From Cyanidioschyzon merolae (lineage: Eukaryota): a stretch of 64,000 bases of DNA. The position numbers and the translations under genes were made by a program. The stretch lies in NCBI GenBank assembly GCA_000091205.1, contig AP006494.2; one strand, 5' to 3'. The notes below the pieces were generated by a model. The model was not told where the DNA came from. It saw only the letters and a list, made by a program, of their open reading frames with translations, and did no database searches. Positions 33,878 to 43,149 of this stretch are shown here, piece after piece. Positions within the stretch are counted from its first letter, which is position 1, and each line of letters opens with the position of its first letter.

Positions 33878-34325
33878 GCATGGACATGATGGGTATCGCA
33901 TTGCTCCGGATACTCCGCGATCCTTTGATACTCTCGATCACTTTCGAGGCATGGACATGATGGGTATCGCATTGCTCCGGATACTCCGCGATCCTTTGAT
34001 ACCCCCCGATCACTTTCGAAGCATGGACATGATGGGTATCGCATTGCTCCGGATACTCCGCGATCCTTTGATACCCCCCGATCACTTTCGAAGCATGGAC
34101 ATGATGGGTATCGCATTGCTCCGGATACTCCGCGATCCTTTGATACTCTCGATCACTTTCGAAGCATGGACATGATGGGTATCGCATTGCTCCGGATACT
34201 CCGCGATCCTTTGATACTCTCGATCAATTTCGAAGCATGGACATGATGGGTATCGCATTGCTCCGGATACTCCGCGATCCTTTGATACTCTCGATCACTT
34301 TAGAAGCAGAGACATCATGGGTGTT
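33878..34325. repeat. Minisatellite: about 6.5 tandem copies of a 71-72 bp unit
   Basis: Unit gcatggacatgatgggtatcgcattgctccggatactccgcgatcctttgatac(tctc/cccc)gatcactttcgaa starts at 33878, 33949, 34021, 34093, 34164 and 34235, plus a degenerate last copy. The ORFs listed across it (33735-34187, 33817-34116, 33951-34175) are repeat artefacts. Confidence 0.9.
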
Positions 34326-34402
34326 ACGCTTTCGTTCAGCTTGCGCTCGGGCAGCGACGGCTACGATGCGACGCTCGCGGGCGCTGACGAGATCTGGGCG
34401 AT

Positions 34403-35878
34403 GTGCTGTGGCCTGCAGCACAGAGGAGTTGCTTGCTAGCACTGAAAACGTGGTTGTTGAACTGTGGTCTCGAACGTTGCGCCAAACAAATGCAGTCATT
34501 CACTGTTGACGGACTTGAGTCTGTATTGAATGATGGATCGAAGTTTGCATTCGTACTTAGCAACCCGCGATGCTCGCTGGTGAGCCAGAGCGTTCAGCTG
34601 GAGCGAGCGCAGCTCACGCGCCGTCCTATTCGAAGACGCCGGTGCGTGCTCAAAATCAACAGCCTAGCGCAGCTTCTCTTCGCATCGTCTTGGGCAGCTT
34701 ACGGGTTCCGCGAGCTTGAGCGCCGTTTAGAAGGGCGCCTCGTAACAGCGGGTGCCAGAAGACCCGTGCACGCGGGCGGCGTCGGGGTACCACCCTCGTT
34801 TGCCGGTTCGCAGTACCAGACTGTGGTCGTGTGGCTTCGAGAAGGTGAAAATCTAAGGCTCCACGACAATCCAGTCATAGAAAAGGCACTAGCACTCTCC
34901 AGAGAGGGAGCCAGTACCCCCGATGCGGGCAGATCGTCAGGTCCCGACCAGTCTTCGTGGTTGCCGACACGTTTGTTGCCCATATTTATCGAAACGCCCT
35001 GGGACAAGCATGGACGACTGCGCACCTGGCGACAGCAGAAACAAGTTAGGGAATGCGTTCAGTTCCTTGGGGAGGCGCTCCACCAAACCGGCAGTGGACT
35101 TGTGTGGGTTCGCGTCTCTGACACACACCTGACGCGTCTCGAGGATATGGCCAATTTGAGGACTGCTGCGCTCGTGGAGACCCTTGCATCCCTTGAGCTT
35201 CACTCTCTGACTGCGGTGACGTATCCTTGCGGCGGGACCCGATTACAGGGTCTCGAAGAGGAGATACTCGTTCAGCGCCTTGGCTCCAGCACAGATGCTG
35301 ACGCAGCAGCGAATGCTCTGCAACGCCGTGCTATGTGTCGCGCGATTCGGCTCGTCAGCGTTCAGGATACTGCGAATACGCTGTTCGCGTTGGCGCGGCT
35401 CCCGTTCTCGATTGCAAAGATGCCCGATGATTGCGATGCGTTTGCGCAGGCCCTGGACACACTGGGAGAGCCCGAGCCAAGCCAGCATGCACCGGTCTCA
35501 TTACCGCCTCTGCCCCGCGAAGCACTGGATTCTCCTTTTTACTACAATCCCGAAATCGTATCCGGAAAACCCCCGATGGTCGATTCCCCTGATGCACACC
35601 AACCCTTTCATGAGCAATTCGTTCTCGAAGCGCTTGAAGCGTATGCCAAATCCGAGACGCCGCTCGTCATGATTGCTGATGATACGATTCAAACACGGAG
35701 CCAGGGCATCCTTGGGGTCGCCATGGAGCTGGGTTGCCTCTCGCCGCGGCGCTTCTGGCACGCTATTCGAGAGCATCTTCCGACAACATCCATTCGTCGC
35801 CAGTGTGCGTGGTTTGATATCATCCTTCACGATTTCGTACGTTTATTGACATGGAAACGTGGTATTCACCCAGCATGA
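34403..35878 (+). CDS. Cryptochrome/photolyase-family (CPF, cry-DASH-like) ORF, truncated within the FAD-binding domain; possible pseudogene or split gene
   Basis: VVVWLREGENLRLHDNPVIEKALA matches the CPF N-terminal WFRxDLRxxDNxAL. ...GILGVAMELGCLSPRRFWHAIREH...CAWFDIILHDFVRLL matches cry-DASH FSPWLAFGCISPRFIYEEV...VLFELIWRDYFRFL. The ORF then stops, and a convergent gene follows at 36055. Confidence 0.6.
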   Translation: MLWPAAQRSCLLALKTWLLNCGLERCAKQMQSFTVDGLESVLNDGSKFAFVLSNPRCSLVSQSVQLERAQLTRRPIRRRRCVLKINSLAQLLFASSWAAYGFRELERRLEGRLVTAGARRPVHAGGVGVPPSFAGSQYQTVVVWLREGENLRLHDNPVIEKALALSREGASTPDAGRSSGPDQSSWLPTRLLPIFIETPWDKHGRLRTWRQQKQVRECVQFLGEALHQTGSGLVWVRVSDTHLTRLEDMANLRTAALVETLASLELHSLTAVTYPCGGTRLQGLEEEILVQRLGSSTDADAAANALQRRAMCRAIRLVSVQDTANTLFALARLPFSIAKMPDDCDAFAQALDTLGEPEPSQHAPVSLPPLPREALDSPFYYNPEIVSGKPPMVDSPDAHQPFHEQFVLEALEAYAKSETPLVMIADDTIQTRSQGILGVAMELGCLSPRRFWHAIREHLPTTSIRRQCAWFDIILHDFVRLLTWKRGIHPA

Positions 35879-36054
35879 ATCTTTCTGATACGCTCCGTGT
35901 CGCTCAGGAGCGTCGCCTGATTGCATGCGTACGCAGTGGATTGTGCTAGTGCATCTGAACAACATGTTGCCTCATCTAACTGGTTTCTAAAGCAATTACC
36001 GGGACGCATTCGTCGCTCGTGAAGAGCGCCATCGAAATCGAGTGCTAAGCGTCA

Positions 36055-36453
36055 CTACTGGTGCCTCTGGTCCATTGCGTGCTCGCGGAGGAGCGCAAGC
36101 GACACCACACGCAACGCGTTCTCGTGACAAGCCTCGAGGATGACCGGCGGTGCGACCCCTGCGTCATACGCTTCCTTCCATCGCGATGCGCATAGACACC
36201 ACTTGTCCCCTGGTCGAAGTCCGGGAAAGCCAAATTGCAGGGCAGGCGTCGACAAGTCGTTCCCGCGCGACGCAGTGAAAGCCAGAAACTCCGCCGTAAC
36301 GCGAGCGCACACCGTGTGGGACCCGATGTCCTCTGGACCTGTTGCACAGTAACCGTCGCGATAGAACCCTGTCCGAGGCTGGAAGCAGCAGGGCGCGAGC
36401 GGCCCCCCTAAAACGTTGCGAGGCCGGTCTGTGTTGCCGTTCGGGGCAACCAT
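36055..36453 (-). CDS. DUF2237-family protein
   Basis: NVLGGPLAPCC...GFYRDGYCATGPEDIGSHTVCARVTAEFLAFTASRGNDLSTP...PGLRPGDKWCLCASRWKEAYDAGVAPPVILEACHENAL matches the DUF2237 consensus. The track ORF extends to 36573; the Met at 36453 fits the family length. Confidence 0.7.
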   Translation of the reverse strand: MVAPNGNTDRPRNVLGGPLAPCCFQPRTGFYRDGYCATGPEDIGSHTVCARVTAEFLAFTASRGNDLSTPALQFGFPGLRPGDKWCLCASRWKEAYDAGVAPPVILEACHENALRVVSLALLREHAMDQRHQ

Positions 36454-38426
36454 GCGCACTGGCTGGAACGCGAGCGCCCGCCACGATGAAGCTGCCCAGT
36501 CAGCCGAGCTCAGTGTCTGCCGAGCTGGCGGGAAAGAAAGCGAGTTAGCGAACGGTAGCGCGTTACTTCTCATAGAACTGGTTTCTTAGGCCAATGAAAC
36601 CCAGAAAGTCCCACGAAAGCGATTTTATGGAGCCCACGACTGTTATTGCACCCGAGGTTCGTTCGTCGAGCTCGTCGGCCAGCGTTGCATCCGGTGAAAC
36701 GATGCGGCTCCCGGTGCCGGTATCCTGTCAGGCAGGCAGGCGCGCGTGGGTGCAAAGCCTCGACCCGGGATTCCTGGGGCAGGTCCCGCTCGCTGGGATG
36801 TTCGAAGCTCATGACGTTTGCTGGTATGTTTGGCTGTATCTTGATCCAATGAGAAACGAGCGCCCATTTCAGGTACCTGGCGAATATTCCGCAGCAACAC
36901 GAGATGTGCTCGTTTCGGATGCCTGCTGGTGCGCAGTATTGCTCGTTCTCCACAAATTTCGATGCAGTCTGGGGGCACCACTGTCGGAGCAATTGCAAGG
37001 CTGCGCATGATGCTCGCACAACGGATGCTTCCATGCTCTGCGACGCCGAGCCGGTGCTCCGCGGAGTCCTGATATATACATACGCTGGAAACCAGTGCTC
37101 ATGGAAGCATTGCATCCGAGCTTCGCATTGCGAGCGACGCACAGGCCTGTGCACCGACCTGGGAGCGGTTGCCGCGTCATCTGGAGATACACGCAGTAGA
37201 GCATCTCGAATCAGCTGTATGTATCCATCGAAAAAGCAGCAAATATGGTGGAAAATCCGCATAGTCACGTCGATGGCAAGCAGGGCGCTCGTTCGCACAC
37301 GCCAAAAGCATTTCGTACGACCTGAAACATCGTCGCCGAGGGCATTCGAATCATAAGCATCAACACTTCCCGAAATAGCCATAAGTGTTGCGCATTCGCG
37401 AGATCACCGGCTCAACGCACCATGCCTACACTGCCAGCGACTGGTGCCTCGATTCCGAGCGGCGTGATGCGATCGATGGGTAGTGCTGGTCGCCTGTTCG
37501 TTACTTACGTGCAGAGCGTTGCGGGAAACGCGGATTACGCGTCGACGTGTACTGCTGACAGGATCATGAACGCCAGAGAAAACAAACATAGATGATTGCC
37601 ACCAGGAATACGGCATGATTGAGTGGCATTCATCGGGTCTGTTTTTCTGGCTTTGAATGCCCTCGCTGCCGTACCTGTCGGGTCTGCTGCTGATGGGCAT
37701 GTTTGATTTCCGGAAGCAGAAGCCCGCTGAACAAGCAGTGAAGCATGTAGGGGAATCCATACGCACGGATGTCAAGTCTTCCTAGTCGTTATGATCTGAA
37801 TGGGAATATCTCGAGTGCAAACGGCCGGACACGGTAGCGCCCTGAGTGCAGGTCAACAGCAAGATGCAGGATCTCGCGATGCAACCTGGTTCAAGGTCGA
37901 TGCACATCCGCGGTTCTTCTGTCACTAGTCAAACACATTCGCACCCATTGATTGCAGGAATGAAGATTCATGGATGTAGACGCTGAATCTACCTGCATCG
38001 TTGCGATAGCGGAGCGCTTTCAATCGATGCAGTCAGCACACGTGTGTGGCTGGAGTATCTCGGGGAAAACACTGCGACGTTGCGTGCGCAGATGGAGCCT
38101 CTCTTCCCAGGGGCGAAATACGTATGGTGATTCTGCACGGTCGAGTAGAGGATCATGGCAATATTCTGGGAAACGCAAGCGTTCATGGCTTCGTGCGCTG
38201 CGTACGTGTCCCAGCGTGGATGGATACGCACACGTGTGACTCCAGACACTTCAAAGTAGCCCTGTTTCTGAACCTAATCGCTCTGGAATGGAATCACAAC
38301 CCAAACCATGGCAATCGCGTACCGAGACGATCGATCAATCCCTGAACATACGGCTGTGCCGAATCCATCTGTCCCTTGATTCATAAAACGAATACGGAAC
38401 CACTAACGATTGTAGCATTTTGCAAC

Positions 38427-38558
38427 AACAATAGTCCTCATCGAAGATACTCGCACCTCGATTCATGATACGTATGCCTGGCGAACAACAATTGCGGTAC
38501 TGGGCAACAAAAGTCCTCATCGAAGATACTCGCACCTCGATTCATGATACGTATGCTC
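38427..38558. repeat. Tandem duplication of about 50 bp (two copies roughly 78 bp apart) upstream of gene 38662-40743
   Basis: caacaa(t/a)agtcctcatcgaagatactcgcacctcgattcatgatacgtatgc occurs at about 38427-38477 and again at about 38505-38558. Confidence 0.6.
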
Positions 38559-38661
38559 GACAACTGACAATTGCAGCATCACGCATCATCTGTTTGAGAT
38601 ATCGTGCATTAGGAGGCAGCATCAATGTACGCAGTACGAACAGCAGGCGGATCACCCGTAC

Positions 38662-40743
38662 GTGGACACTCCAGCGGGGCGTGGCGGCTCAAGCGCGGGA
38701 TTCTCGGCAGCGGTTGCGCGCTCCAACGCCACCCGGGTTCGTGCGTGGCTGGGGCCTCCTCACGGGTCTTACAAAGGGTTCTCGGCACTTTTGTTCTTGT
38801 TTATGAATCACGATCCTAGAAAAAATTCTTTGCATAGTATAAGACGGCATGGAGGAGAAGTTTCACCCGTGAGGCTTGATACTCGGCAGCAATCACGTAC
38901 GAGGTTTCTGCGTCCTGTGCGCAGGTGGTACGTTTGGCTGGGACTGCCTCTTCTGGGACTGGCCCTACTCTGTGTGCGGTGGTGTCCCTCCTATAAAATT
39001 GGAAACCTTTTGGATGATCATCAGGACTTGAGGATCATTTCGTACGCGTACCGAGAAAGCTCGCCACATGAACTTCGGAACCTGGAGTTCTTCCTTCGAC
39101 ATGGAGTCTATGCTGACCCGAAGAGTCTCTTTTTCATCATAGTAAACGGTGGGACTTGCACACCCTGTGAGTCCGCTGACGCCAAGCGGCCAAACGTGCA
39201 CGTACTAAGAAGAGAAAACTACGGCTATGATTTTGGTGCACACGGACACCTACTGAACCAGCTTGAGATTCAGGGACAGCTGCAACGTCTGAAGCGCCTC
39301 TACTGCATCAACGCTTCTGTGCGGGGTCCGTTCCTGCCCAAATTCTTTCGTGATCGGCCATGGACTGCTGCGTTTGACAGCCTCATGCGAGGAAATGTAG
39401 CAGCTGTTGGAGCCTCGCTCGTCTGTCTGCCAAAACAGGATGCTGGTGGCCCAGGGGCGCGGCTTGAAGGTTTTGCTTTCGCGTTGAGCGCAGAGGGCAT
39501 GCTGGCCGCTCGACGAGCAGGTGTCTTCCGATCGTACCCTAGCAAAAGGGACGCTATACTATACGGTGAATTTGGCTTGACGCGAGCCCTTTTCCAAGCC
39601 GGTCTCTCTGTGGACACGCTCATGACCAAATACCAGCGAATATGGAACGCATCCAATGAGCTGGTAACCTGCAACCGTAACGTGTTCCCTAGTCGCCACG
39701 GAGCGGTCGATGGCGTCGATCTTCACCCCTATGAGACACTATTCATGAAAACACAATGGATGATGAGCTACCCGTACGTGCTACTGTACTCAGAGTGGAT
39801 GGATCATCCGGATGCACCGGAGCTTCCAGATATTCATAGGTACTACCACTTTCAGCATGATGATCAGGTGCATCCAATTGAACCTCCACGAGTCGCCTCG
39901 CCCCTGATCGGCGATAAGAAGCTCGTTCTGGTGATCTGGGATACGCCCAATTCGTCGGTTGAGTGGGAAAATATCGAGCACTTGCTTGCAAGTATACGGC
40001 TCTCGGACAGCATAGACTACCTGTTGGTTATTCGCGATGGCCAGGTCGCTGCACGCGTTCGAGAAAAACGTGTGGATAGGCTTCCGAACGTGCGTATCGT
40101 CTCCGAAATCCGTAGTTCGTTGAACAGTCTTTGCATGCAAGGCCTCACGATTTTGCGCACGAACAGCCGATATTTAGCATACAATTTTTTTGTCTTCATC
40201 ACACAACATGCGCGCGGACCTGTAGGTGTCTGGAGCAGCAACGACCAGTGGATAGTTTCTTTGGAAGAACACCTTCGCACGAAACAAGTTGGGCTGCTGT
40301 TCTCATTCATTCATCTTTCGGGTGAAATGCTCCAGCCGGATCCGAGTTTTTTCTGCATGGACCATCGCGGCCTGCATCTTTTGCTTCGAGGTAGCGTTTG
40401 TGACCGCACCGACGTGGCAGGCACGCTACTTGGTATGAAACGAGTGGCTTCTGATGTATTGGGTCGCTCGATCGGGTTCAGTTCGTTGCAGCCCGGAACG
40501 CCTGTCCTGCAGAATACGGCGAGCCTGATGGAACCGAATTTGAGACAGATCTTCAGTCGTCCTTTAACCGAGCTATCATCAGAAGAACTTTCAGATCTGA
40601 TCTTTGTTCCCGTTGCGACCATCAACAAGCAGGATTCGGATTCTGAGCGGATCATTGCGGAACGACTTCGAGAGCTTCCCGGTCCCTTTTCGACGAAGCT
40701 GTCCACACAAGTCGCCACGAACACAACGTCCATGATTTCATGA
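38662..40743 (+). CDS. Hypothetical type II membrane protein (693 aa), possibly a glycosyltransferase-like enzyme; family not recognised
   Basis: Long ORF with a single predicted signal-anchor VWLGLPLLGLALLCV about 105 aa from the N-terminus, followed by a large globular region (LRIISYAYRESSPHELRNLEFFLRHGVYADPKSLFFIIVNGG...). No diagnostic motif recalled. Confidence 0.55.
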   Translation: MDTPAGRGGSSAGFSAAVARSNATRVRAWLGPPHGSYKGFSALLFLFMNHDPRKNSLHSIRRHGGEVSPVRLDTRQQSRTRFLRPVRRWYVWLGLPLLGLALLCVRWCPSYKIGNLLDDHQDLRIISYAYRESSPHELRNLEFFLRHGVYADPKSLFFIIVNGGTCTPCESADAKRPNVHVLRRENYGYDFGAHGHLLNQLEIQGQLQRLKRLYCINASVRGPFLPKFFRDRPWTAAFDSLMRGNVAAVGASLVCLPKQDAGGPGARLEGFAFALSAEGMLAARRAGVFRSYPSKRDAILYGEFGLTRALFQAGLSVDTLMTKYQRIWNASNELVTCNRNVFPSRHGAVDGVDLHPYETLFMKTQWMMSYPYVLLYSEWMDHPDAPELPDIHRYYHFQHDDQVHPIEPPRVASPLIGDKKLVLVIWDTPNSSVEWENIEHLLASIRLSDSIDYLLVIRDGQVAARVREKRVDRLPNVRIVSEIRSSLNSLCMQGLTILRTNSRYLAYNFFVFITQHARGPVGVWSSNDQWIVSLEEHLRTKQVGLLFSFIHLSGEMLQPDPSFFCMDHRGLHLLLRGSVCDRTDVAGTLLGMKRVASDVLGRSIGFSSLQPGTPVLQNTASLMEPNLRQIFSRPLTELSSEELSDLIFVPVATINKQDSDSERIIAERLRELPGPFSTKLSTQVATNTTSMIS

Positions 40744-41261
40744 CAACCCAGTCGGCGTCTTGCCGAAACACAAGCAGCGCTTGAGCGTTGTTGATGGCAC
40801 TGCGTCGGCCTACGGGTGCGGAGCGTACATCCATCGCCGTCGCCGATCTGTTCATGTTCGCTTTGAGAGTCGCCTATGAGACAGGAGCAGCGATTGCCAT
40901 CGCTCGGATTCTCGTCCATGTTGTACCCTGCAAGAATGGAGCGCAGCTTTTTGTACAGGAGATGTGATAAAAACCTCCTATATCTGTTACGAAGCATGCG
41001 TCACGTGCAGCACGCAACATTGGTGGTGTCTTCCATCTCCGCGGACGGATCCCGTCGCTTTTCTCTGTTCAGCAACCTGAACCCGATTCCACGGAATGCG
41101 GCTTGTTTCAGCATCGTTCAGGACAGCATCACGATCGTCATCAGCATCACGATCATCATCAGCAGCAGCAGCAACGGTGGTAGCTGTCGTGTCCCCGTGG
41201 AGACCATACCTCCGGCAACGCGTAGCCGACACACCCGCTGGTGTACAGTTTGTCTGTAATT

Positions 41262-42302
41262 TCAAGAGCGCTCACCGAAACGCACTGGCAGCAAATCAGA
41301 CAGCGATGCAGGAGATGCAGCGAGGGTGTCCATCTGTTCTCGCCAACCGCAAAGATCCACGAGGCGCTCCACTGAATGTTGCGCATCATCGGCGATCCAC
41401 AAATCCAGTGGACGTCTTCCGATAGATCCCGAAGGCGAGCGGTTCAACAATATACGCGGTGTTCGCTTCGGGAGCTGTTCCGGGATCCATCGAACAGGTG
41501 CGACCGTGAGAGATGTTCCCATAATTAGGCACAGGTTGCAGCGCCACAGGTCTGTCATGAGCGATCGAAATACACGCCACGGCAGCTTCTCCCCGAAGAA
41601 AATAATGGCCAGTTTGACATAACCAGCCTGGCAACGCGAGCAACGCGGAGGAGCTGCTACAGCCTCTCCCGAAACAACCTGGCGTAGAAGCAGCTTCGCA
41701 TCATAAGCGGCACCACAACCGGGAGCTGTGCAGTGTGCCCGTTGCATCGTGCCGTGCGCCTCAACAAGCAACGATTCTGGGATGCCAGCCAAACGCTCGA
41801 GGCCATCAACGTTCTGCGTATAACATCGCACCAGATAACCACGTTCTGCGAGGCATCGCACGAACCAGTGTGCTCGAGTGGGCTGTAAACAGCCGCCGGT
41901 CTCCCGCAAGAGCTCGTGTGCTAGTGAATAAAACGCCTGCGGCTGTGTCCGAAAATAGTCAATATCGAAAACACGAGAAGCGTCCAGCTGTCCCTTTGTT
42001 TCCAAACGAGCGTATAGACCCGTGGTCGGTGAGCGGAAATCCGGGATTCCCGCTGCAGTCGATACGCCAGCTCCAAGGATAACCAGCACCCGCGGTGTCC
42101 GGTCACGTCGCGTAAGCGCTGTCGCCACGTCTTCGAGCTGGGTGAACGATTGCCGCCTACCGTCTGCTCTGGGTGCTGACTGGCACACCCACTGCCAGAA
42201 GTTCGCGACCCACATTTTCAAAGCAACGCAACACACGTTGTCTCGTCGAAAGGAGCGCTCCCAGGCGAGCGACACCCAGATCGCGAACGCAAGGGTTTCC
42301 AC
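41262..42302 (-). CDS. NAD-dependent protein deacetylase, class I sirtuin (Sir2/Hst2/SIRT2-like)
   Basis: LVILGAGVSTAAGIPDFRSPTTGLYARLE (Rossmann/NAD site); HGTMQRAHCTAPGCGAAYD ... CSRCQAGYVKLAIIFFGEKLP (zinc ribbon plus the FGE motif). Confidence 0.85.
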   Translation of the reverse strand: METLAFAIWVSLAWERSFRRDNVCCVALKMWVANFWQWVCQSAPRADGRRQSFTQLEDVATALTRRDRTPRVLVILGAGVSTAAGIPDFRSPTTGLYARLETKGQLDASRVFDIDYFRTQPQAFYSLAHELLRETGGCLQPTRAHWFVRCLAERGYLVRCYTQNVDGLERLAGIPESLLVEAHGTMQRAHCTAPGCGAAYDAKLLLRQVVSGEAVAAPPRCSRCQAGYVKLAIIFFGEKLPWRVFRSLMTDLWRCNLCLIMGTSLTVAPVRWIPEQLPKRTPRILLNRSPSGSIGRRPLDLWIADDAQHSVERLVDLCGWREQMDTLAASPASLSDLLPVRFGERS

Positions 42303-43149
42303 TCGACAGAACGTTGACGCAGATCAGCGTTCTCTGATTTCCTATTCAACAGAGCGTTTACGTGGACCGTGGATCCCAGATTGCGTGATGCATATTGGTC
42401 ATCGAAATAGCGTCCGTCATGCTGTACGCTACGTCCAAGTCCCATTAGCCATATTTAACCTTGAATGTGCTCGTCGTTTCGTACGTTCTGTTACGCGTCG
42501 AGTCTGAGGCGATGGTCCGCCATGGCGCCCACAGCGCTGGTGTGGATGCGCCACAGAGACAGAGCGGCATTGCCACATCACTGGAAGCGACAGCTCGTGA
42601 GCATCTCGACCGATACGAAGCTGGAGATGCCGGAGCAATCACCCGATGGCGCTGCTGCAATCACGCCCGCAGACAGTTCTCGCACGGGATACGCACCGCG
42701 TATACAGTGGATCGCCGAGTCCAGCCCATCTCGTGATAGAACGCACCAGTGAGCGCGCAGTTAAACCAGCATAACCGACGTTGCCTGGATGAATCCTGTG
42801 CCTCTTCTGGACTCGTATGGAGTGCGCATGAAAACGGCACAACAGGTGTTACCTCAGAGATACGGATTCGTGATATCGCCATGTACCAGCTTAGAACCGC
42901 ATGTAGTTCCGCAAAGCATACCATCACAGATGCACTGCTTCGGCAGTATCCACACGGAAGCCTCACGTGCCGCTGCGGAAAAAACGCGGGAAATTGCGCG
43001 CGATCCATTTTCCCTTCGATGATTCGAATCGCGTCCATCGCTGCGACACGCCCCCGAGGCCTACAACGCGTTGCCGAATATCTCATTCTAAACGATTCGT
43101 TAGCGAATAGTTTGTCCGTGTCAGCTCATTCGTTGACGAGTACTGGATC

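Noticed and set aside
33735-34187. 150 aa - strand ORF and sibling ORFs with internally repeated peptide (YQRIAEYPEQCDTHHVHASKVIGG)
   Set aside because: Produced by reading through the 71-72 bp minisatellite. Unit length alternates between 71 and 72, so no frame is maintained across the array.
36570-37382. 270 aa - strand ORF and several overlapping + strand ORFs (36594-37010, 36904-37356)
   Set aside because: Mutually overlapping ORFs on both strands with no recognisable motif and skewed composition. I cannot tell which, if any, is real, so I left the region unannotated as unknown.
40311-40997. 228 aa - strand ORF overlapping the end of the 693 aa membrane-protein gene
   Set aside because: Antisense to the last 430 bp of a confident long ORF and low-complexity Ser/Arg/Cys-rich. 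Treated as a shadow ORF.
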